DNA of 64,000 nucleotides from Bacteroidales bacterium UBA4116 (GTDB taxonomy: Bacteria; Bacteroidota; Bacteroidia; Bacteroidales; Tannerellaceae), in the NCBI GenBank assembly GCA_002381645.1, contig DFXE01000020.1:176795-240794 (forward strand). The letters are read 5' to 3'. Both the position numbers and the translations under genes were made by a program. The notes under the pieces are model-generated. The model ran no database searches. It was not told where the DNA came from and was given only the letters and a program-made list of their open reading frames with translations. Shown one piece after another: positions 45,702-55,799 of this stretch; position 1 is the stretch's first letter; each line of letters begins with the position of its first letter.

Positions 45702-45742
45702 AGGGCTGTCTTCATTTGATGAAGACAGCCCTTATTTGTTTT
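45702..45742 (+). terminator. Terminator of the arg operon
   Basis: AGGGCTGTCTTCAT-TTG-ATGAAGACAGCCCT plus T-rich tail. Confidence 0.85.
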
Positions 45743-46718
45743 AAAAGGATATAGAATATTTTAAGGAAATACATTTCAACCTACTTTACTTTATATAATA
45801 AAAAAACTCACAATTATTACGGGCTGAAACGCTAACGACGGGATACATCTGCAACTTCTTGGTGTGCATTATTCATAATTTTAGAACAGATATAATAGTT
45901 TATGCCGAAGCTTCAATCGCTCTGTTGGCTACATCACACCTAAATCCTGATGTTTTTTGGGTACACCATCATTATTAAATAACCATACCAATCTCAATAT
46001 ATCCAGATTAAATTTTCAATAAGATTCTATACGTCCAATTACTTATAAATGGCTATACTGTCTTACTTATATATGATACTTTATATTGATAATAAATCCT
46101 AAGTCACTATTTGATATAGTTAAGACTTATAATATCCAAATCCAAAATGGTTTGTAACTATTATATGATAGGTGAATTTACTTTTTTTTCAGCAATAGTA
46201 AAATATTATGTAACTATATTTTTGAATAATTGAAAATATAGTTTTATCTACATTTTTATTAAATATCCCACCCCATCAATATATAAAAGCATTAATGTAA
46301 TATTCAATTAAAAATGATTCGTTATTATCCTTTTATTAAAATAACAAATCGGGTATGTATCATATTTTACACAAATGAATTATTTTAATAAACAAAATGC
46401 ACTTTTATACAATAAATATATTGAATTTTACCAATAAATTATGATTATAAAATTAAAATTTTATTTTTTATAATTTAATTATTACAATCAAATATATTTT
46501 TAAATTAATAAAAATATAATTTCGGTAATGTATTTATTAAATATATTATTTACAATGGATTAATAAACTATCAATCATTTTTTACATCAAATAATAATAA
46601 GTATTTATTATTATAATAATATAAAAAATTGTATATTTACAGGATATTTAAATAAGCTAATTCTTTTTTAAATCACATGTACTTTTGTACGCTATTTTTT
46701 AACTTTACAAAAAATTTT

Positions 46719-49700
46719 ATGGGAAAATTAAAACTTTATTTTTTTTTATGTTGGCTGTTATCAGGTTGCTTTCACCTGAATATGTTGAATGCACAGGAAC
46801 GCCAACTTGACATCTTTACCTGTACAGTAAATACAGGCAACGATGACGTGAGTGAAGATTCAGCCGGATCAATGGTTCTTGACGGAGAATTTTTATGGCT
46901 GGGGGGTAGCTCGAGCGGAAAGCTACGAGCAATTCGTTTTGAAAATGTGGATATACCGGATAACGCGGTAATCCATGATGCCTATATTGAATTTTATGCG
47001 TATGGTAGCAGTGAGGCAGGAGAAACCAATATATCGATGGAATTAGGCAATCCCGTTACTTATACTGCATCAAAACACAGCATCTCGTCCAGAAATTATT
47101 CGACCAGAAAAGCCACCTGGACAAGGTCCTCAGGCTTAACATCGAAGAAGATAGTGAGAACTCCAAATCTTAATAATGTAATTGATGAAGGCAGGAGTAA
47201 AGGTTGGAGAGCTGGACAAAGCATGGCTTTTCGTTTTGAAGGCCAAAAAACGAATAAAGGACTGTCTGTGTATGCCTACGAAGGGGGAGCTACTTATCGC
47301 CCTAAATTAATCATCAAATACTACCGGGATGATAATTTTGTTTTTTCGGATATAAGTGAATCCATTGTTGCCGCTTCTAAAAACGATGGGAGTGAAAATA
47401 GTGCAGGAGCTATGACACTGGATGGTAAATTCCTATGGTTGGGAGGTAGCACAAGCGGAAATCTTCGGGCGATCTGTTTTAATAATGTACAGATTCCGAC
47501 TAATGCAACTATTTTGGATGCTTATATTGAGTTTTATGCGTATGGAGAAAGTCCTGCGGCATCAACCGAAATATATTCAGAATTAGGAAATGCATCTACC
47601 TATTCTACAAGCTCTTATAGTATATCATCCAGAACATATTCTTACTCTAAAGTAAAATGGTCCGAACCATCTTTGACATCAAAGGAATTGATCCGTACGC
47701 CTAATCTTCGAAATTTAATAGAAGAAAATAGAGGGAGAGGATGGGCTACAGGTCAGAACCTGGCTTTTAAGTTTGAAGGTTTAGATACAAATGAAGGAAT
47801 AAATGTATATTCCTACGACGGAGGAGCTTCTTATCGTCCTAAATTAGTGATCAGATACATAAATGATGGGAAAGGACCTAATCCGCCGATAGTTCCGGTT
47901 GTGGTTAAATCCGTTGTATCTGCAGCTAATGACGATGGTAGCGAAAACAGTGCGGGAGCTATGACTCTCGACGGAAAATTCCTCTGGTTAGGTGGAAGCC
48001 AGAGCGGTCATTTGAGATGCATTCGTTTCAACAATATCGTCATCCCCGACAACGCAATTATTCAGAATGCTTATATTGAATTGTACGGATATGGCAGCAG
48101 TGAAGATGCAACAAGTTATATATATAACGAAGTAGGCGATGCACAGAGATATACAAGTGCAGCAAAGAGTATGTCATCCAGGAATTATACGGAAAGAAGA
48201 GTAAAGTGGGATGCTCCGGCATTGATCGAAAAACAGAAAATAAAAACACCAACTCTGAAAAGCATTATAGATGAAAACCGGAGTAAAGGCTGGAAATCGG
48301 GACAAAGCATGGCATTCCGTTTTGAAGGATTGGGTGCAAATGAAGGTACAAAGATATATGCGTATGAAGGAAGCTCGGTATACCGTCCACGTCTTGTGAT
48401 CGAATATATAGAGAACGAAGACCAGCTGGTGATAGATGGAGCAGAAACTGATCCTAAGAAAATGACATTACTAAAAATCAACGAGATCTGTTCACAAGGC
48501 TCTAAAGACCAGAAAGAAGACTGGATAGAACTATATAATGGCCATGATTTTCCCCTGCATATAAAAGGAGGTGTATATCTGTCGGATAAGAACAAAACCC
48601 GAACATTATTCGAGCTGAAAAATATAATTATTCCGGCTAAAGGATTTTATGTATTCATAGCCAATGAAGAACCTGAGCATGGAAAAGAATATCTGCCATT
48701 CGATTTGAAAAACTCGGGAGAAACGGTATACCTGTCGAGAAGCCAGACAGATTTAATGGACCAGGTCACATTCGAAACCGTTCCTTATAACCAGTCATAT
48801 GGTAGAAAAACCGACGGAACCGGAGCATTTGCCATGTTTATGACTCCTACCTATGGCTCATCCAACAAAAGCGGTATTCAAAAAACACAAATTTCGTTCA
48901 GCCACGAAAGGGGAGTTTATCCTTCCGGATTTAATCTCACTATCGCAGCTCCGCAAAATATGGTGATACGGTATACTACCGATGGAAAATACCCATCTAA
49001 AACGAGCGGAACTATTTATACAGGAGTTATCAATATAAGTAAATCATGTGTTGTAAAAGCTATTGCTTACGATAATTCCTACATATCCGAGGTGGTAGCA
49101 CATACTTACGTATTACAAAATAACTGGGATAACGAGAAAGTAGAAAGTGTTAATGACAATGGCACAACAAAAAAAACATGGACAAATAAGGGTAAGATAA
49201 CTTCTACCGAATATGGGCAGGCATTAGCTTCACTACCTATTGTTTCCATGTCACCTGGTTCGGAATTAGCAGGTGTTTATAAAGAAGCATCCCTGGAATT
49301 TATTGATAATCATATATATGACAATAGTGATAACTTTTTTAGTAATTCTATGTCACGAAAATTCGGCAATAGTACCATTAAAGATTTCAACAGTGGATAT
49401 AAATTCAAATTTACAAGAGAAGCCAATGTACGCAAACCAAGCTATCCATTCTTCGACGCTCATGTGCATGCGAATGACACTTTCAAGATGCCGAAGAAAA
49501 TCCACACACTGGAACTGAAAGAAGGTCAGGATGGCGCCTCAAGTACATGGGCCCAGGCAGGTTTTGCACGATTCAGTGAAAAAATCACTATGGACTTACA
49601 GAAAGAAATGGGCAAATTTGCTCTGGAAACCCGCTTTGTACATTTCTTTTATAATGGTAAATATAAAGGAATAAAGACACTTAGAACCGATTTCAAGCAG

Positions 49701-51077
49701 CAGAATATGGAAGAAATCTTTGGGGATGATAGTGATAATTATACAAAGATTTCTTTAAAAGTCCCGGGAAAAAACGATATGGTTACAGGTGTAGTTGAAT
49801 CCGGCGACGGAATTGCAGCTATATGGGAGGAAATGAAAAGCTATGCGGCTGCCAAAAATCTTCAGGGTTTCAAAAAACTGGTAGATTTAGAAGACCTGAT
49901 TAAATTCCAGATCATGTTTATGTTTATAGATTGTGAACCCGAAGCTGAAATCATAGTACACAATAGTGCCGGTAGTGATCCCGAATTAATGAAAGCAAAA
50001 TTCAATATAAATGATACGGATGGAGCCTATTTTGCTAATGGATCAACTGCCACAGAAATTCCATTTAAAACTTCTTATGGAGCAGCGACTACTAAATATA
50101 AATGGACTGTAACTAAAGCTAATGCCCTGAGTACTACAGATAAGGAATATCCAGGAAGATATCGTTATGGTGTAGGTGGATTTATGGAGCATTTCGGTGG
50201 AATGAGTACGAAAGGCAAGGATGGAAATCTTGAATTCAAAACTTTGGTAAAAGACTACGTTTTAGAAGCTTTTGGTCCGGTATCAGGAGTAGGTGCAGGA
50301 GACGCTAAATATCCGCTGTCAATTCAAAATGTACAGAATAAAATCCGCGAAGCACAAGCCGAACTGGACTTAGCTTATAAACTGGACGCTGCATGGTATT
50401 CTCCTAACAGTACAAGATATAATGACTGGAAAAATGCATGTACGCGTATTATTGCCCAGGTTCCGTCAAGGTTTAACCTGTCATTATCTAATTGGAACGA
50501 GTTTGGTTTGGCACATACACTTTTAGCTGTGTCTATTGATACAGAAAGAACAATTGGTAATGGTGAATCTATAACTATTACTAATCCTAATAACGATACA
50601 GAGGTATATTATACTACGGATGGTTCCGACCCGATGGGAAATGACGGGATTGTTTCGAAATCAGCCAAACTTTATGATTCAAATATAGGAATTAAACTTC
50701 CTGTTGGCGAATATAAAGTTGTTGCCCGTCCTTTTGTTAGCAATAACTGGGGACCTAAAACGAAACAAAATATTGCAGTAATCGCATTAAGAAGTTCATT
50801 AGGTAATCCCACTTCTGTAGAGGAAGAAGCTGGAAGCGAGATAAAAATATATCCGAATCCTGTCAAAGACATACTATATGTAGACGCAGGCAGCATTGAA
50901 GTAAATCAATTAACCGCTGTTATTTATACCACAACAGGAAGTGAAGTCATGCGGGTAAATTTGACATCAAACATAAACTCGATCCATGTCGCTAATATCT
51001 CAAAAGGAGTATATATACTTAAACTGATAGATAAGAATAATAGAAATGGACAAACGTTCAAGATTATAAAACAATAA
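46719..51077 (+). CDS. T9SS-secreted protein: 3 tandem ~180-aa DNRLRE-like repeats, lamin-tail domain, Fn3-associated domain, CotH-like domain, second Fn3-associated domain, T9SS CTD
   Basis: Signal peptide; repeats D.SE.SAG.M.LDG.FLWLGG...YRP.L.I.Y; INEI...DWIELYN (LTD); IRYTTDG/YYTTDGSDP; HFFYNGKYKG, DTD (CotH-like); IYPNPV...GVYILK...KIIK CTD; -7 element TACTTTTG at 46680. Confidence 0.8.
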   Translation: MGKLKLYFFLCWLLSGCFHLNMLNAQERQLDIFTCTVNTGNDDVSEDSAGSMVLDGEFLWLGGSSSGKLRAIRFENVDIPDNAVIHDAYIEFYAYGSSEAGETNISMELGNPVTYTASKHSISSRNYSTRKATWTRSSGLTSKKIVRTPNLNNVIDEGRSKGWRAGQSMAFRFEGQKTNKGLSVYAYEGGATYRPKLIIKYYRDDNFVFSDISESIVAASKNDGSENSAGAMTLDGKFLWLGGSTSGNLRAICFNNVQIPTNATILDAYIEFYAYGESPAASTEIYSELGNASTYSTSSYSISSRTYSYSKVKWSEPSLTSKELIRTPNLRNLIEENRGRGWATGQNLAFKFEGLDTNEGINVYSYDGGASYRPKLVIRYINDGKGPNPPIVPVVVKSVVSAANDDGSENSAGAMTLDGKFLWLGGSQSGHLRCIRFNNIVIPDNAIIQNAYIELYGYGSSEDATSYIYNEVGDAQRYTSAAKSMSSRNYTERRVKWDAPALIEKQKIKTPTLKSIIDENRSKGWKSGQSMAFRFEGLGANEGTKIYAYEGSSVYRPRLVIEYIENEDQLVIDGAETDPKKMTLLKINEICSQGSKDQKEDWIELYNGHDFPLHIKGGVYLSDKNKTRTLFELKNIIIPAKGFYVFIANEEPEHGKEYLPFDLKNSGETVYLSRSQTDLMDQVTFETVPYNQSYGRKTDGTGAFAMFMTPTYGSSNKSGIQKTQISFSHERGVYPSGFNLTIAAPQNMVIRYTTDGKYPSKTSGTIYTGVINISKSCVVKAIAYDNSYISEVVAHTYVLQNNWDNEKVESVNDNGTTKKTWTNKGKITSTEYGQALASLPIVSMSPGSELAGVYKEASLEFIDNHIYDNSDNFFSNSMSRKFGNSTIKDFNSGYKFKFTREANVRKPSYPFFDAHVHANDTFKMPKKIHTLELKEGQDGASSTWAQAGFARFSEKITMDLQKEMGKFALETRFVHFFYNGKYKGIKTLRTDFKQQNMEEIFGDDSDNYTKISLKVPGKNDMVTGVVESGDGIAAIWEEMKSYAAAKNLQGFKKLVDLEDLIKFQIMFMFIDCEPEAEIIVHNSAGSDPELMKAKFNINDTDGAYFANGSTATEIPFKTSYGAATTKYKWTVTKANALSTTDKEYPGRYRYGVGGFMEHFGGMSTKGKDGNLEFKTLVKDYVLEAFGPVSGVGAGDAKYPLSIQNVQNKIREAQAELDLAYKLDAAWYSPNSTRYNDWKNACTRIIAQVPSRFNLSLSNWNEFGLAHTLLAVSIDTERTIGNGESITITNPNNDTEVYYTTDGSDPMGNDGIVSKSAKLYDSNIGIKLPVGEYKVVARPFVSNNWGPKTKQNIAVIALRSSLGNPTSVEEEAGSEIKIYPNPVKDILYVDAGSIEVNQLTAVIYTTTGSEVMRVNLTSNINSIHVANISKGVYILKLIDKNNRNGQTFKIIKQ

Positions 51078-51096
51078 TCTATTCTTATTATTTTAT

Positions 51097-51133
51097 AAAC
51101 CACCTTGAATACAATGGAATTCAAGGTGGTTTT
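51097..51133. terminator. Bidirectional terminator
   Basis: AAACCACCTTGAAT...ATTCAAGGTGGTTT between convergent genes. Confidence 0.8.
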
Positions 51134-51201
51134 GTTATATCTGATGGCGGACAAGCAAATTACCTTGTATGTAGATTGTTAAAGAAATCAGGTGCAACGA
51201 T

Positions 51202-51741
51202 TCAGTAAATCTTACATGGTTTTCCGGTAGAAGGATATTCCAGGTCAAACTCAATCCTGACTTCTCCGATCCGGTCTGCTACATCGGGATGGATACAGAT
51301 ATTTTCAATCACAAAGCAACCCGACGATTCACATCGCTTATCTTTTGCAATATGATCTTTCCCATGGGTTCCGATGCCATAAGAATCAATTAAAATAAAA
51401 CGGGGCTTCTTACTAAGAATTACAGTAAGGACGTCATCGGACAATACAGTATCGGCCTCAAAATACAGGGTTTGTCCATAATCATTTTTATACATATTCC
51501 CGGTATGCAGGATCAATGCCTTTCCTTCCAGCACCGGCAAAGACAATACCTCTCCTATCGTTGGCATACCCTTGCGGCAATCTACAATAAACGTAGATAA
51601 TTGATAACTGCTCCGATCCGGTATTAAAGTATAACAGTCAATGTGAGTGCCGAAATGGCCTTTGGCGCCAATTTTATCAGCTTGTGTTTCTAACCACTCA
51701 TAAGCAGGATGGTCGGAATCCAATTCAATATGTAAATTCAT
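51202..51741 (-). CDS. Cyclase family protein (kynurenine formamidase-like fold)
   Basis: HFGTHID metal motif, LHTG, IDSYG, FVIEN; -7 element TACCTTTG on the minus strand at 51912-51919. Confidence 0.8.
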   Translation of the reverse strand: MNLHIELDSDHPAYEWLETQADKIGAKGHFGTHIDCYTLIPDRSSYQLSTFIVDCRKGMPTIGEVLSLPVLEGKALILHTGNMYKNDYGQTLYFEADTVLSDDVLTVILSKKPRFILIDSYGIGTHGKDHIAKDKRCESSGCFVIENICIHPDVADRIGEVRIEFDLEYPSTGKPCKIY

Positions 51742-52058
51742 TTTTTTACTATAATTTTAAATTTATAAATATGTTAAGCATGCCCTTAAACAAGTATATT
51801 TGTTTACGACAAACCACTATTTTGTAACCTTTCTTTAGAAGTGAGAACTTACCAAAAAGCAGGATTATAAATCTTAATTATTTGTTTCATTAAATGAATT
51901 TTATTGCCATACAAAGGTAATATATATATCTACAATATAAAACTGCTGCCATATTTTCCCCGAATTTCAAAAAACCGGAGTATTTAAAAATGAAGTACAC
52001 TTCAAAATTAAAAAACATTGAAGGGTACTTCTATTACTTACCCATACAAAAGAGTATA

Positions 52059-52400
52059 CTATTTATAACGGGCATGGAAAACCAGTGACGCTTTTTCAAT
52101 AACATGTTGTTCAAAATTAAAACTTACCATTGCCGGACCGGCATCTTGATCCAATCAAAGATCTTCGGTATCCAAAGCATATACTGTAATGATATAAGGG
52201 TGCGCAGGGTCGTTTACCGGCGGGCACGGGCCTCCGTGACCATTCGTACTGAATTTACTTTGTAATGCATCTTTTGGAGCAATTTCTTTTGTCATATCAC
52301 CTGCACCCTCTTTTAATTCGTTAACATCTGAAGGTATATTAAAAACCACCCAATGCCACCAACCACTTAAAGTGGGAGCTTTCGGATCGTGAATGGTTAT
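52059..52400 (-). pseudogene. YbhB/YbcL (PEBP/RKIP-like) pseudogene
   Basis: ITIHDPKAPTLSGWWHWVVFNIP...GGPCPP..HPYIITVYALD, in-frame TGA at 52155-52157, then LDQDAGPAMVSF...IEKASLVF to TAG at 52059; 5' end missing. Confidence 0.85.
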
Positions 52401-52486
52401 TGATCATCTGAAATAAATTATAAACTCAAGCAACAAACCCGACTCATAGGGTGTTATTTTTCTAATTATAATAAAACGAGCTATTC

Positions 52487-52864
52487 ATGGGAAAAATTAA
52501 TGATGTAACTTACTTTAAAGGTACTCAGGTGACAGGTATAACCATCTCTGAAAATGTTAGAATGCTTGTGAATTTTCCCCGTTGGAGAGATGGTGTTCCT
52601 TTCTCTGTTGCCGAAGTAAAAAAAGGAATGATGATGGATAAAAAAGGGAACCTGTATATGGGTGATCTCGAAAAAAGCGCGGTAGTTTATCTTACACCCG
52701 ACAAAACAGAGATATACACACTGGTAGAAGGTGGCAAAATAAGCTGGCCCGACACATTTGCTATTTACAACGATGAACTTTATTTCACTAACTCACGTAT
52801 ACACGAGGCAGTGGGCGATATTTCAGAGATGATTTTTCCGGTTAACAAAGTAAAACTTCCCTAA
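52487..52864 (+). pseudogene. Major royal jelly/yellow-like beta-propeller gene with a large in-frame internal deletion
   Basis: N-terminal QVTGITIS..RMLVNFPRW..VPFSVAEV joined directly to C-terminal GMMMDKKGNLY...SWPDTFAI...LYFTNSRIH; 125 aa versus roughly 350 aa expected. Confidence 0.7.
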
Positions 52865-53176
52865 TGAAAGCAATGGTATTAAAACAATTCGGAGGTGTTG
52901 AAAACTTCACTGAAAAAGATATACCCGAACCACAGATCAGTTCGGGCCAGATACTTATTCAGGTTAAAACGATCGGGATAGATCCTGTAGACCTGAAAAC
53001 CCGTAAAGGCGGAGGGCAGGACCCTCAATATAAAAATGTGGATAACATTGTAATCGGTTGGGATGTAGCGCATGAAAGTACATATTGATAAAACATTTCC
53101 GTTCAAAGAAATACCCGAAGCTCATAACGAGTTGGAAAACGGCAAAGCAAAAGGCAAAGTAGTAATCACATTGTAA
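52864..53176 (+). pseudogene. NADP-dependent (MDR/quinone) oxidoreductase pseudogene with internal deletion and frameshift
   Basis: N-terminus MKAMVLKQFGG...DPVDLKTRKG..IGWDVA; in another frame at 53072-53176 the family C-terminus KVHIDKTFPFKEIPEAHNELENGKAKGKVVITL. Confidence 0.85.
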
Positions 53177-53188
53177 AATATAATTGAA

Positions 53189-53968
53189 ATGAACAGATTA
53201 AAAGGAAAAAAAGCCATCGTAACAGGCTCCAGTTCGGGAATAGGAAAAGCCATCGCACTTTTATTTGCCCGGGAAGGTGCAGAAGTTGTTGTAACATTTA
53301 ATTCAGGTGAGGACCGTGCAAAAGCCGTTGTTGAAGAAATTGAAAAGAATGGCGGGAAAGCAAAAGCCTATAAAGTGAATGTTGCAGACGAAAACGACAT
53401 CAAACAGTTTTTTACGAACATTGTAAATGACTTCGGTGACATAGATATTCTGGTTAATAATGCGGGCATAAATGGCAGCCAGACTCCCGTGGAAGATATG
53501 ACTACCGAACAATGGGACAAGGTTGTAAGGGTTAATCTTTACGGACCGTTCTTTTGTAGCCGCGAATTCCTTCAGATAAAGAAAAAATACGGAACGTATA
53601 AAGGAAGCCGCATAATCAATGTTACCTCAATACACCAATATGTTAATGTACGTGGTAATGCCAATTACAATGCGGCTAAATCCGGTATGCGCAATCTCGC
53701 TTATACAATGGCGCTTGAACTGGCCGACCGTGAACTGACCGTCAATAATATTGCCCCGGGTATGATTCTGACTCCAATCAACGAAAAGGTCATTAATGAT
53801 CCTGAAAAACTTAAACGGGCAGAAAACATCATACCATTCCACAGGGGCGGCAAACCTGAAGAAGTGGCCAATGTAGCTTTATTCCTCGCTTCCGAAGATA
53901 GCTCATATGTAACGGGAAGCACTTATACGGTAGACGGCGCGCTGTCTATCCTCGGCCCTGACGCATAA
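53189..53968 (+). CDS. SDR oxidoreductase, glucose 1-dehydrogenase-like
   Basis: TGSSSGIG, NNAG, SIHQ, YNAAK, VNNIAPGMILTPIN; adjacent to glcU. Confidence 0.85.
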   Translation: MNRLKGKKAIVTGSSSGIGKAIALLFAREGAEVVVTFNSGEDRAKAVVEEIEKNGGKAKAYKVNVADENDIKQFFTNIVNDFGDIDILVNNAGINGSQTPVEDMTTEQWDKVVRVNLYGPFFCSREFLQIKKKYGTYKGSRIINVTSIHQYVNVRGNANYNAAKSGMRNLAYTMALELADRELTVNNIAPGMILTPINEKVINDPEKLKRAENIIPFHRGGKPEEVANVALFLASEDSSYVTGSTYTVDGALSILGPDA

Positions 53969-53980
53969 AATTAGGTTAGT

Positions 53981-54850
53981 ATGGATATATTAGACTGGCT
54001 GATTGCCTTTATTCCGGTATTATCATTCGGCTTAGTTCCCGTTATCGGGACATTAATCGGAGGAAAACCAACGGAACAATCCATGGGGATTGCTTTGGGA
54101 GGATTTGTATTTTCAGTTATAGTTATTTTGTTACGAAGGCCGGATATTACCCCTCATATCTTTCTTATCGGGTTTCTATCCGGTGTCTTCTGGTCGGTAG
54201 GATCAGTAGGACAGTTTATGGGAATAAATGCATTGGGAGTATCCCGGGCAACTCCTATGCTGAACGGGGGACAGATTATCGGAACTTCTTTATTGGGGGT
54301 AATGCTGGGTGACTGGGCATCTGCCGGCGCAAAAACATATGGGTTTATTGCTTTATTCCTCATCATTATTGGTATCCTTTTTACTTCTTATAAGCAGGAG
54401 GATGGAAGTAGTGCCAAGCCTCAATGGGGTAAGGGTATTCTTATCAACCTTATTGCTGTACTTGGTTTTACCGCATATGTAGGAATACTTAAATATTTCC
54501 GGATAGATGGCTGGAGCAGCATTTTTCCACAGTCGATAGGCCAGATAACGGCTATATTTATAATCGGGCTTCTGTATTTTAAATCCCAGTCTTTTACAAA
54601 ATTCTCATTTCGCAACAGTGTAATCGGTGTAATCTGGGGGGTAGGTAATATTGCACTTCTTCTTTCGCAGGTAAGTCTGGGACTGGCAATCGCTTATCCT
54701 GTTAGCCAGGCGGCAGTAATTGTTTCCGTATTTGGCGGTGTACTGATTAATAAAGAACGTAAAACACGTAAAGAATGGATTGCTGCAGCTATCGGTATAG
54801 TCATTATTTGTGCCGGACTCTTTATGATTTATCTTTCAGGTAAGCACTAA
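53981..54850 (+). CDS. glcU: GlcU/GRP-family sugar uptake permease (DMT superfamily)
   Basis: About 10 TM helices; SGVFWSVGSVGQF, GVSRATP, GVIWGVGN, ERKTRKE. Confidence 0.85.
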   Translation: MDILDWLIAFIPVLSFGLVPVIGTLIGGKPTEQSMGIALGGFVFSVIVILLRRPDITPHIFLIGFLSGVFWSVGSVGQFMGINALGVSRATPMLNGGQIIGTSLLGVMLGDWASAGAKTYGFIALFLIIIGILFTSYKQEDGSSAKPQWGKGILINLIAVLGFTAYVGILKYFRIDGWSSIFPQSIGQITAIFIIGLLYFKSQSFTKFSFRNSVIGVIWGVGNIALLLSQVSLGLAIAYPVSQAAVIVSVFGGVLINKERKTRKEWIAAAIGIVIICAGLFMIYLSGKH

Positions 54851-54854
54851 GCTT

Positions 54855-55799
54855 ATGACATCAAGCGCGAGCAAAGGTTTCAGGGTAACAGTTATAGGAA
54901 ATGGTGCAGCTATTCCATCAGCGGGAAAATATCATTCTTCGCAGGTGGCTGATATTTCAGGACAGTTGTTCCTGATGGATTGTGGTGAAGGCACACAGAA
55001 AGCAATGCTCGAAAACGGACTGAGTCCCCAAAAGCTTAAAGCTATTTTTATTTCGCACCTGCATGGTGACCATATATACGGGCTTTTCCCCCTTTTGGAA
55101 ACATTAGCTCTGTCGCAAAGGCCGGAACCATTGAAAGTATTTGCCCCGCAACCTTTGTTGAATTTAATGGATTGCATAGCCAATATCCTTTATAATGGAA
55201 ACGGTTATATTGTGGATTATAAACCTGTTGATACCACTTCTCATCAGATTATCTATGAGAACCGGGATATTGAAATTTGGTCTCTTCCCTTAAAGCACCG
55301 TGTTCCTTCATGTGGTTATCTGATACGTGAAAAATATCCGGATCTAAATATTCATAAAAAGGCTGTTACTGAATATGAATTGAGCATAAGCGAGATGCAG
55401 GACTTAAAAAAAGGTTTTGACCTATTGAGAGGAAAATTATCGATACCGAATAACAGGCTTACTTATACACCCTATATTCCCCGGAGTTATGCCTATTGTA
55501 CGGACACTATATTTTCCGAGGAATTGGTTGGCTTGGTGAAAGGAGTTGACCTTCTGTACCATGAAGCCTCTTTTGCCGACTCGGACAGGGAGATAGCCAG
55601 AATCAACGGTCATACTACTTCTACTCAAGCCGCAGAAATTGCATTAAAGGCAAAAGTAAAAAAACTCCTCATAGGTCATTTCTCGTTGAGATATAAAGAT
55701 ACATCCTTATTAATCAATGAAGCTAAATCGGTATTTCCGGAAACGGAAGAGGCAATTCAGGGAAAAACATATGAAATAGTCCAAAAAAGATCAGAATAA
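54855..55799 (+). CDS. rnz: Ribonuclease Z
   Basis: DCGEGTQ, SHLHGDH, HRVPSCGY, YCTDT, YHEASF, GHTT, GHFSLRY. Confidence 0.88.
   Translation: MTSSASKGFRVTVIGNGAAIPSAGKYHSSQVADISGQLFLMDCGEGTQKAMLENGLSPQKLKAIFISHLHGDHIYGLFPLLETLALSQRPEPLKVFAPQPLLNLMDCIANILYNGNGYIVDYKPVDTTSHQIIYENRDIEIWSLPLKHRVPSCGYLIREKYPDLNIHKKAVTEYELSISEMQDLKKGFDLLRGKLSIPNNRLTYTPYIPRSYAYCTDTIFSEELVGLVKGVDLLYHEASFADSDREIARINGHTTSTQAAEIALKAKVKKLLIGHFSLRYKDTSLLINEAKSVFPETEEAIQGKTYEIVQKRSE

Noticed and set aside
45885..45950. Frame reading RYNSLCRSFNRSVGYITPKS, reminiscent of an IS3/IS481 transposase C-terminus
   Set aside because: Only about 20 codons, flanked by stops, with no terminal repeats or DDE residues; compatible with chance
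52155..52157. In-frame TGA in the ybcL-like gene as recoding (selenocysteine or readthrough)
   Set aside because: The gene also lacks its 5' end, its neighbours are decayed, and TGA acts as a normal stop elsewhere in the window; a simple nonsense mutation is more likely
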